From positions 27,580 through 59,579 of the forward strand of contig JAJRVL010000009.1 in the NCBI GenBank assembly GCA_024277355.1: a stretch of 32,000 nucleotides of DNA, read 5' to 3'. The notes beneath the pieces were generated by a model, which was not told the origin of the DNA, made no database searches, and worked only from the letters and a program-made list of their open reading frames with translations. The DNA comes from an archaeon. Lineage in GTDB: Archaea > Iainarchaeota > Iainarchaeia > Iainarchaeales > 1-14-0-10-31-34. Below are positions 8,596-16,123 of this stretch, one piece after another. Position 1 is the stretch's first letter, and the number at the start of each line of letters is the position of its first letter. The position numbers were made by a program, and so were the translations under genes.

Positions 8596-9858
8596 TTATT
8601 TTTTTGTCAGCCATTTCCATAAAGGAATAAAATTTATTTTTTGTTTTTTTATTGTTTTTTTGGTTTCATAATTCCATGTTATTACAAGTAAATTATTGCA
8701 GTTTAATGCTTTGCTTGCTTTAATTAATGATTTTGTTTCTCTTTCTTTTATTTCTTCTTTTGAGTTAATATAACTTGCCTGAATTAATTGCTGTATTTTT
8801 TTTTCTTTTTTTATTATAAAATCAACTTCGTTTTGCTGGTGGTTTTTCCAATAAAAAATTTCCTGTTTGTTTTTTTGTGTTCTTCTTTTTAATTCAACTG
8901 CAATAACATTTTCCATTATTCTGCCTTTATCTTCAGAAAATTTAAATCCAATTGTATTTATTAGTCCTGAATCAATACAATAAATTTTTTTTGGTGCAAC
9001 AAATTGTTTTTTTAATTTAAAGTCAAATCTTTCTAATTCAAAAACTAAAAAAGCGTTTTCTAAAAATTTAGTCCATTTTGATATTGTTGAAACATGTTTT
9101 ACTGAAAGCATTTTTGCTGTTTTACTGTAACTAAATTCTTTGCCTGAATTAGTTATAAGATATTTAGATAGTTTTCTTAATTCTTCAATTTTTTTTATTT
9201 TATGTCTTAATAAAATATCTTTAAATAAAATGTCGTCATAAATTCCTGAAAGAATTTGTTTTCCAAATTTTTGTATTTCAGGAAACCCTCCTGATTCAAG
9301 GTATTCTTCTAAAAAATTTAATATTAGAGCTTTTTCTTTTGTTGTATAAACAGAATTTTCTTTGAATTTTTTAAATTTAAGAAATTCCTTAAAAGAAAAA
9401 GGAAAAAGCATTATGTCAGAGTGCCTGCCGGTTAAATGAGTTGCAAGTTCTCCTGATAATAAATTTGAGTTGCTTCCAGTTAAAATAATTTTTTTTGTTC
9501 TTCTAAGCCTGTTTGCAAACAATTCCCATCCTTTAACATTCTGAATTTCATCTAATATAATAAATTCAATATTTTCATCAAACTTATAAAACTCTTTAAG
9601 GATTTCATCTAAATCTTTTGTTTTAATTCCAAGAAGTCTTTCATCATCAAAATTAATGTAACCAAACTTTTTGTTTTTTGCTAAAAGAAAAGAAAAAACA
9701 GATTTTCCGCATCTTCTTATTCCAAGAACCGCTAAAATATTCGGATACTTTAAAGCTTTTATTCCTGATTCAAGATTTTCTCTTAAAATAATGTTTTCTT
9801 TCTTTTCAATAAAATTTAATTCTTCCCTCTGCTCCTTAATAATGCTTCCATAATCCAT
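8596..9858 (-). CDS. AAA-superfamily ATPase, COG1373 / DUF4143-type (paralog 1)
   Basis: Walker A GIRRCGKS and Walker B IILDEIQNVKGWE, with a long C-terminal DUF4143-like region. It is a paralog of 10066-11355 and shares the C-terminus FIPLWKWL. Confidence 0.75.
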   Translation of the reverse strand: MDYGSIIKEQREELNFIEKKENIILRENLESGIKALKYPNILAVLGIRRCGKSVFSFLLAKNKKFGYINFDDERLLGIKTKDLDEILKEFYKFDENIEFIILDEIQNVKGWELFANRLRRTKKIILTGSNSNLLSGELATHLTGRHSDIMLFPFSFKEFLKFKKFKENSVYTTKEKALILNFLEEYLESGGFPEIQKFGKQILSGIYDDILFKDILLRHKIKKIEELRKLSKYLITNSGKEFSYSKTAKMLSVKHVSTISKWTKFLENAFLVFELERFDFKLKKQFVAPKKIYCIDSGLINTIGFKFSEDKGRIMENVIAVELKRRTQKNKQEIFYWKNHQQNEVDFIIKKEKKIQQLIQASYINSKEEIKERETKSLIKASKALNCNNLLVITWNYETKKTIKKQKINFIPLWKWLTKK

Positions 9859-9965
9859 ACTATTATAATAGCAAGCTTTATTTAAAAAGCTTTCTATTAG
9901 AGTATAAAGCTTTTTTAATGGTTTTTGTTGTGGAATTTAATTAAAAAGCAGTAATTTAAATCAAT

Positions 9966-10023
9966 GTTACTATTTTCAGTAACGTTGTCGTTTTGGCTGT
10001 TTAGTTTTTTTAAAATACAAAAA
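9966..10023. repeat. duplicated intergenic module, copy 1: GTTACT-N6-AGTAAC palindrome plus a 47-nt perfect repeat
   Basis: Palindrome at 9966-9983. 9977-10023 (CAGTAACGTTGTCGTTTTGGCTGTTTAGTTTTTTTAAAATACAAAAA) is identical to 11416-11462. Confidence 0.85.
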
Positions 10024-10065
10024 AGTGTTTTTTTGCTTTTATAAAGGGTTATGTTATAGTATAAT

Positions 10066-11355
10066 TTATTTTGTTATCAGCCATTTCCATAAAGGAATAA
10101 ATGTTATTCCGTGTTCTTTTTTTTCTGTGTTTTTTGTTATTAAAGTAAGTTTTTTGGTTTTCTTTTTTTGTTTTTTTAATTCTTTTAATCCTTTAGTTTC
10201 CCTTTCTTTTATTTTATCAGTGAAAGAAACATTTATTCCCTGAAGAGAATTATCTTCGTTTTTTATTACAAAATCCACTTCGTTTTGGTTTGCCCAATAA
10301 TAAACTTGTTTGTTTTGTCTTTTTAGTTCTAAGAAAACAAGATTTTCAGTTAATTTTCCTTTGTCTTCAGAAAACTTGAATGCAACTGCGTTTCTTAAGC
10401 CATTATCTATTCCATATATTTTTGTTGGTCTTGTTTTTTGTTCTTTTATTGAATAAGAAAAATGATTTAATTCAAAAAACAAGAATGCTTCAAAAAAATG
10501 ACTTAAGTATTCTTTTAGTTGGTCATAAGATAAATCTGTTGCTTCTCTTAATTTTCTTAAGGATGTTTTCCCTGTAATGTTTGTTATTAAATATTTAGCA
10601 AGCTCTTTTGGTTTCTGGCTTTTAATATTAAATCTGTCAACTACATCTTTGAAAATTATGTCTTCAAAATAGTTTGTTAACACTAATCTTTTTTGTTTTT
10701 TTTCTTTAAAAAATATTTCAGGAAACCCGCCTTCATTAATATATTTTTCTAAAGCGTTTTGTATTTTTATTTTATCTTTATTTGAAACAATTCCTTTTTT
10801 TAGTAGTTTTTGTTCTGGTTTTATGCCTGAAAACTGCAGGAATTCCTTAAAACTTAAAGGCATTATTTCAAATGCAACTATTCTCCCTGTAAGCAGTGTT
10901 GAATATTCTTTTTTAAGTAAATGAGAAGAGCTTCCTGAAATAACAAATTTTGCTTCAGTTTTTAAATCATATTTTTTTCTAATCCATCTCTCCCATTTTT
11001 GTTTTTTTTGAACTTCGTCAAAGAAAATAAATGATTTTTTATCTGGATTTATTTTTTCTCTGTACTCTAAATAAATGTCTTCAAGTGAAGTTTCATTTAA
11101 TACTTCGTCTTCAAAATTCACTAAAAGAATGTTTTTTGAATCAACGCCACTTTCAATGAGTTTCTTAATCATTTGATACATTACAGTGCTTTTTCCTGAA
11201 CGCCTTACTCCTGTAATAACTGTTATTTCCTTTAAGTTTACAGTTTTAATTAATTCTTTATATTCAGGTCTTTCAATTCCTGATAATTCTTTCAGTTCTT
11301 CTTTTTTTTTAAACCACCACGGATTCCATTCACTTAAAATATCAATTAAAGTCAT
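10066..11355 (-). CDS. AAA-superfamily ATPase, COG1373 / DUF4143-type (paralog 2)
   Basis: Walker A GVRRSGKST and Walker B IFFDEVQKKQKWE. The track start at 11391 is TTG and would run through the upstream palindrome; the ATG at 11355 (MTLIDILSEWNPWW) is preferred. Confidence 0.75.
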   Translation of the reverse strand: MTLIDILSEWNPWWFKKKEELKELSGIERPEYKELIKTVNLKEITVITGVRRSGKSTVMYQMIKKLIESGVDSKNILLVNFEDEVLNETSLEDIYLEYREKINPDKKSFIFFDEVQKKQKWERWIRKKYDLKTEAKFVISGSSSHLLKKEYSTLLTGRIVAFEIMPLSFKEFLQFSGIKPEQKLLKKGIVSNKDKIKIQNALEKYINEGGFPEIFFKEKKQKRLVLTNYFEDIIFKDVVDRFNIKSQKPKELAKYLITNITGKTSLRKLREATDLSYDQLKEYLSHFFEAFLFFELNHFSYSIKEQKTRPTKIYGIDNGLRNAVAFKFSEDKGKLTENLVFLELKRQNKQVYYWANQNEVDFVIKNEDNSLQGINVSFTDKIKERETKGLKELKKQKKKTKKLTLITKNTEKKEHGITFIPLWKWLITK

Positions 11356-11371
11356 AAAAACACCAATACTT

Positions 11372-11389
11372 GTTACTAAAAATAGTAAC
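11372..11389. promoter_or_regulatory. GTTACT-N6-AGTAAC palindrome 17-34 nt upstream of the ATPase paralog-2 ATG
   Basis: GTTACTAAAAATAGTAAC. The same half-sites recur at 11405-11422 and 9966-9983. It sits where a TATA box for a leaderless or short-leader mRNA would lie. Confidence 0.4.
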
Positions 11390-11404
11390 AAAACCTTAAT
11401 AAAT

Positions 11405-11462
11405 GTTACTAAAAACAGTAACGTTGTCGTTTTGGCTGTTTAGTTTTTTTAAAATACAAAAA
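11405..11462. repeat. duplicated intergenic module, copy 2: palindrome plus a 47-nt perfect repeat
   Basis: Palindrome GTTACTAAAAACAGTAAC at 11405-11422. 11416-11462 is identical to 9977-10023. Confidence 0.85.
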
Positions 11463-11489
11463 CTTTTTTTGAATAATTTTTTTGAACTG

Positions 11490-11858
11490 TTATATGTATG
11501 TTTCTATTATCTCTTTAATTTTGTTTGCTCTGCGCTGGATTTGTTTGGTTGTTGAAATAGAAATATAAACTCCGTAATCTGCTTGGCTTTTATGGGCTAT
11601 TAAAAATTCGTATGCATTCTGGTATTTCTGGAAATCTTCTTCTAAAAACTTTGATAATTCTTTAAAATAAGTAGTGTCTGAATGTGGTTTGTGTTTTGGT
11701 ATTTTATTCAGGAATTTTTGGCATAATGTGTTGTGGTAGTTAATGGCTGCGTTGATAAACAAGTGTGCTGCTGTATGGTAGTTTTCCTGTTTAAATTGGT
11801 CTTCTGCAGCCTGAAATCTTTCATTTGCTAAGTCAAAATGTTGTTTGAATGTGCTCAA
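11490..11858 (-). CDS. HEPN-domain protein (partner of the adjacent nucleotidyltransferase)
   Basis: About 120-aa all-helical protein with HEPN-like layout (ERFQAAEDQF..., LIAHKSQADYG). It overlaps the upstream MNT gene by 26 nt. TTG start per the track. I did not see a canonical R-x4-6-H motif. Confidence 0.6.
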   Translation of the reverse strand: MSTFKQHFDLANERFQAAEDQFKQENYHTAAHLFINAAINYHNTLCQKFLNKIPKHKPHSDTTYFKELSKFLEEDFQKYQNAYEFLIAHKSQADYGVYISISTTKQIQRRANKIKEIIETYI

Positions 11859-12447
11859 TTAATCTCCTTCCTTTTATTATTTTTCCTTTTCTTAAAATGT
11901 TCTGGATAAACAAGTCTTTTTCAGTCCAGCGCAACTTAATTTCTTTTTTGTCCATGATTACAGGTGAAAACCTTATGCCTGTTTTAGTAGTTGCATTAAC
12001 AAATTCTTCAACAATTTTTTCTTCTAATTTACTGCTTTTTTTTTCTAAGCCGATTAAAATATCAAAGTCTGATTGATGCGAAAAATCTTTTCTGATGCGT
12101 GATCCAAAAGCAATCACTATCTTTATTTTAGAGTTTTTCAAGAGTTTCAAGGATTTAAGTGTTTTAAATAATGGTTTCTGGAAATCACTTGTTTTTTTAA
12201 AGATTTTTTTCAGTTCAGGAAGCAAATAAAATTTTTGGTTGATTTTGATTAATTTGTTTCTGCCTTGGTATTCAATTAACACTAATCCTGTTTTTTCCCA
12301 GTCTTTTATAATACCTGAAACAGTTGCTTTTGGTGTTCCTGTCATTCTCCCTAATTCTGAAATCGAAAAATGACCGGATTTATGTATGAACTTTTCCAGC
12401 ATTAAAATCTTTGACTTTGAATTCATTAATTGTTCCATTATCTGCAT
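11833..12447 (-). CDS. minimal nucleotidyltransferase (MNT) with an N-terminal winged-helix domain
   Basis: NTase signature AFGSRIRKDFSHQSDFDILI (GS-x9-11-DxD). N-terminal wHTH-like SISELGRMTGTPKATVSGIIKDWEKTGLV. The track start at 12525 is TTG; the ATG at 12447 (MQIMEQL) is more plausible, but the start is uncertain. Confidence 0.7.
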   Translation of the reverse strand: MQIMEQLMNSKSKILMLEKFIHKSGHFSISELGRMTGTPKATVSGIIKDWEKTGLVLIEYQGRNKLIKINQKFYLLPELKKIFKKTSDFQKPLFKTLKSLKLLKNSKIKIVIAFGSRIRKDFSHQSDFDILIGLEKKSSKLEEKIVEEFVNATTKTGIRFSPVIMDKKEIKLRWTEKDLFIQNILRKGKIIKGRRLIEHIQTTF

Positions 12448-12607
12448 TAAGACACCATTCAATAAACTGAACATATGTTCAGTATATAGAACATATTTTA
12501 AATGAATTGTCTTAATTTGCAGCAATCAGAATTTAATTTACTTTTGCTTTTCTTTAAATAAGTTTTTCTTAAATTAATATATTTAGAAAAGTTTAGCAGA
12601 TGAAATA

Positions 12608-13777
12608 ATGACTTTGTATTCTCATTCCAGAATTGAATCTTTTTTTCAGTGTCCTTTAAAATTTAAGTTTCAGTACATTGAAAAAATTAAAGTTCCTTTT
12701 CATCAAAGCATTGAAGCTTTTATGGGTTCAAGAGTGCATGAAACTTTTGAATATTTATATAAATTAGTTCAGCATACTAAAATTCCTTTACAGCAGGAAT
12801 TAATTGACTTTTATAAAAAAAAATGGAAACAAAACTGGAATAATAATATTGTTATTGTAAAACAAGGTTTAACTAAAGAAAATTATTTTAATTTAGGAAT
12901 TAAATGCATTAAAAATTATTATCAAAAAAATCATCCTTTTAATGATGGTTTAACTATTGGAATTGAAAAAAGAATTTTAATTGATTTAGATGGAACAGGT
13001 AAATATAAAGTTCAGGGTTTTATTGACCGTTTAGTTGAAAAAAAACCAGGTTTCTTTGAAATTCATGACTATAAAACTGTTTCTAATCTGCCTGACCAAA
13101 TAAAAGCAGAAGAAGACAGACAATTAGCTTTGTATGCTATTGGATTAGAACAAGAATTTAATGAAGTAAACGAAGTTGAATTAATCTGGCATTTTGTTGT
13201 TTTTGGAAAAACAGCTAAAAGCAAAAGAACTAAACAACAATTAACTGAATTAAAAAAAGAAACTATTTCCCGCATTAAAGAAATTGAATCCTGTAATAAA
13301 TTTAATTCAAATCCTTCTATTTTATGTAATTGGTGTAAATTTCAATGTATTTGCCCTGAATTTAAGCACCAAAAAGAAACAGAAAATCTTCCAGCAAACA
13401 AATATTTAAATGAAGCAGGAGTTGTTTTAGCAAACAAATTTATTGAATTAAAAAACAAGGAAACAGAAATTAAAACAGAATTGTCTTTAGTTAAAGAAGC
13501 TGTTATTGCTTTTGCAAAAGAAAAAAATTATTCAGTTATTAAAGGAAGCAACGGCAAACTTTCAATAACACAAACTAAATCCTTAAAATTACCAAAAAAA
13601 GACTCTAAGGAATATGAAAAACTTGAATTACTTTTACAAAAAATCAACGCCTTAAATGAAACAAGTTCTTTAGACCAAACAAAAATCAAAGAATTCTTAA
13701 AGAAAAAAGAAAACAAACAAATAGAAAAGCTTTTGGAGGAAAATGAAATGACGACGGTGAGGGTTGGGAAGAAGTAA
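12608..13777 (+). CDS. Cas4/RecB-like PD-(D/E)XK nuclease with a 4-Cys cluster and a Lys/Glu-rich C-terminal extension
   Basis: N-terminal Cys (FFQCPLKF), a nuclease core FIDRL...FEIHDYKT (D...E-x-K type) and a C-terminal CNWCKFQCICPE, which together give the Cas4/AddB Fe-S pattern C...CxxCxxxxxC. The last ~130 aa look like coiled coil. Confidence 0.7.
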   Translation: MTLYSHSRIESFFQCPLKFKFQYIEKIKVPFHQSIEAFMGSRVHETFEYLYKLVQHTKIPLQQELIDFYKKKWKQNWNNNIVIVKQGLTKENYFNLGIKCIKNYYQKNHPFNDGLTIGIEKRILIDLDGTGKYKVQGFIDRLVEKKPGFFEIHDYKTVSNLPDQIKAEEDRQLALYAIGLEQEFNEVNEVELIWHFVVFGKTAKSKRTKQQLTELKKETISRIKEIESCNKFNSNPSILCNWCKFQCICPEFKHQKETENLPANKYLNEAGVVLANKFIELKNKETEIKTELSLVKEAVIAFAKEKNYSVIKGSNGKLSITQTKSLKLPKKDSKEYEKLELLLQKINALNETSSLDQTKIKEFLKKKENKQIEKLLEENEMTTVRVGKK

Positions 13778-13880
13778 AGATAGTTTTATAAATTCCATAA
13801 TATTTGACCAAATACTGTTTAGAATTTATTTGCTACAATTAGAATATCGTTTGGATTTTCTTGAAATTTTTTTTAATGTA

Positions 13881-15851
13881 TTAGTTATTATTTTCTTCAA
13901 CATCATTAAATTTATTCAACAAATTTATTTTTTCAGAACCAATTTTTGTATTTTTTTCAATTAAATCAAGAATCTTTTCTGTTCTTTTTAATAAAAATCC
14001 TTCATAGTTTCTTTTGTTTACAAGAAGACTATACATTTCTTTATCAATTAAGTGAGTATTTAAAAATTCTTCAAAGTTTTTATTAGATTCGAATTCAGGG
14101 AAATATTCATCTGGGTTTTTTTTCTTTATTTCTTGATTTAATTCGCTACTAATAATTGCTATATTAGCAATATTATTTAATAAAAAATCGGCTTTTTCTT
14201 GACCTAATTCTTTTCTAAGGCTTTTTGCAGCATCTGAATTAAATGGGATTATGTGGTGTTTGTTATTTTTTGTATATGCTCCAAAATATTCCATTAAATT
14301 TATTTCAGAATTAACATTAAAATCTACAGGTTTTAAAGAATTTAATAACAAAATAAGAGAAGAATATAAATTATTTTGATTGTTGTATCCTGCATCAATT
14401 AAATATTTTTGATTGTATTCATAGTTTTTGTTAAATATTCCAAAATTTCTATTGTTTTTTATCTGTTCTACAAATGATTCTGATCCTTTATTAAATTCAT
14501 TCATGTCTGTTTCAATTCCTTGTAATTGGGCTCCTGGATATCTATTAAATATTAAAGTATTCCAAAACCATTTGTTAATTGATTCGAAGTAATTATTTTG
14601 ACTAAGTGCAGAATATTTGTTAGAACTTATTACATAAGTTAAAAAAGACAAAATTTTATTATCAGTGTATTTTACATCTAAAGATTTAATATTTAATTCA
14701 TTTGATAAATATTTCAATAATTGCTCAAAAAGTTTTCTAAATTCTAAAAGATTATCTTGAATATATTGTGAATTTAATTCATATATGTGATCTTTTTGAA
14801 GCCCGCTTTTTTTGAGATTATGTCTATTATGGATGATTGAAATTAATCTAAGAGTAGTTGTAGTATCAATATTATAATATGAATCGTTTTCGTAATTTAA
14901 AGAAATTTGAGGATCTAACTTTTCTGATTCTAAATAAGAGCGCCTGTAAAGAATCTTTTGGATTGCATTTTTTAGATTAAATGTTTTTTTATCATTTTTA
15001 TATATAATTGTTTTATATGTTTTTGCAACCATTATATCAAAAATATCAAGTTTTACATTTTGAGTATTTATTCTTTCAAAAATAGTTACTACTTTATCTA
15101 AATTGCTATCTTCAACAATTTGATGAATCTTATAAGACTTTATTATCTCTGTAAATTTTTCTAAGATTTTTTTATTTTCATCAAGAATTCTATTTTTTTT
15201 TTCAATAAAAATAATTGTATCTTCTTTATTTAAGTCTTCAGGAACTTCTTCAGTTATCTTTTTTCGTTCTTTTTCAATAATCTTATCTGGAAATTTATGT
15301 TTTTCATCAAATATTTGAGATAAATCTATAAATCTAAATGGATTAAGTTTATTTGTTTCTCTTAATTTTTTAATAGTTATTTTTTCGTTATTCATTTCAA
15401 TTTTCTGAGTTTCGCTAAGAAAAACATTTGTTTCAATATCGAAATAAATCTTGTAAGGTTTTGATTTTTTATTTTTAGAACGGTATAATTCTTTTCCTTT
15501 TAAAACACCATAAATTGTTGTCAACCTTTGTTGGCCATCTAAAATATAATATAATTCTTTTGAACTGTTATTATTTTCGCTTATTTCTTTATCTCCAACA
15601 TTCCGATAAGCTAAATTTTCTTTAGATTTCCATAACAATAAATTTCCAATAGTATATCCTTTGAAAATACTATCAAATAATAAAGTAAATTTTTCAATAT
15701 TCCAAACAAAATCTCTTTGAAATTCAGGAATAACCCAATGCCCTTCTTCAATTTTATTTAATATTTTTGAAATAGATATTGGAGGATAAAAGTCTTTATC
15801 TAGATTCTTTTCAATTCTACTGTGTTCTTGCATAATTTTTGATTTGTCCAT
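13881..15851 (-). CDS. GmrSD-like type IV restriction enzyme candidate (DUF262 N-terminal + DUF1524/His-Me-finger C-terminal)
   Basis: DUF262 motifs IPEFQRDFVW and YILDGQQRLTTI. C-terminal NNKHHIIPFNS...NNIANIAIISSELNQEI. The track ORF runs to 16028, but that extension overlaps the Zn-ribbon gene. The ATG at 15851 (MDKSKIMQEH) has GAGAGG upstream. Confidence 0.75.
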   Translation of the reverse strand: MDKSKIMQEHSRIEKNLDKDFYPPISISKILNKIEEGHWVIPEFQRDFVWNIEKFTLLFDSIFKGYTIGNLLLWKSKENLAYRNVGDKEISENNNSSKELYYILDGQQRLTTIYGVLKGKELYRSKNKKSKPYKIYFDIETNVFLSETQKIEMNNEKITIKKLRETNKLNPFRFIDLSQIFDEKHKFPDKIIEKERKKITEEVPEDLNKEDTIIFIEKKNRILDENKKILEKFTEIIKSYKIHQIVEDSNLDKVVTIFERINTQNVKLDIFDIMVAKTYKTIIYKNDKKTFNLKNAIQKILYRRSYLESEKLDPQISLNYENDSYYNIDTTTTLRLISIIHNRHNLKKSGLQKDHIYELNSQYIQDNLLEFRKLFEQLLKYLSNELNIKSLDVKYTDNKILSFLTYVISSNKYSALSQNNYFESINKWFWNTLIFNRYPGAQLQGIETDMNEFNKGSESFVEQIKNNRNFGIFNKNYEYNQKYLIDAGYNNQNNLYSSLILLLNSLKPVDFNVNSEINLMEYFGAYTKNNKHHIIPFNSDAAKSLRKELGQEKADFLLNNIANIAIISSELNQEIKKKNPDEYFPEFESNKNFEEFLNTHLIDKEMYSLLVNKRNYEGFLLKRTEKILDLIEKNTKIGSEKINLLNKFNDVEENNN

Positions 15852-15864
15852 TTTATAACGCCTC

Positions 15865-16092
15865 TCAATCCAAATCAGCTGGTTTGAATTTATATCCACA
15901 ATCTTTGCAAGTTCCTTCAACTTTTTCTTTTCTTCTGTCAGTTCTTGAACTAGAAATTCCAGTACTTCCCTGAACTCTATAAGTTTGAGATGATTCAGGA
16001 AACCATAAAACATCATTTTTTGTTCCACATTTTGGGCAATTTAAATCAATTTTCTCTGATTGCTGTCCTCTGGTAAATAATTCATAACTCAT
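15865..16092 (-). CDS. 75-aa zinc-ribbon miniprotein, function unknown
   Basis: CPKCG-x33-CKDCG gives four Cys in two knuckles. The stop is 13 nt before the GmrSD-like ATG, and the start is 22-31 nt after the upstream gene's stop. The track start at 16101 is GTG; an ATG lies at 16092. Confidence 0.55.
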   Translation of the reverse strand: MSYELFTRGQQSEKIDLNCPKCGTKNDVLWFPESSQTYRVQGSTGISSSRTDRRKEKVEGTCKDCGYKFKPADLD

Positions 16093-16123
16093 TTTACTCA
16101 CTTAAATAATATCTATAGAAAGT

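Noticed and set aside
15852-16028. 59-codon N-terminal extension of the DUF262/DUF1524 ORF
   Set aside because: It fully overlaps the Zn-ribbon ORF in another frame and lies upstream of the DUF262 motif. The ATG at 15851 with an upstream GAGAGG gives a clean non-overlapping arrangement.
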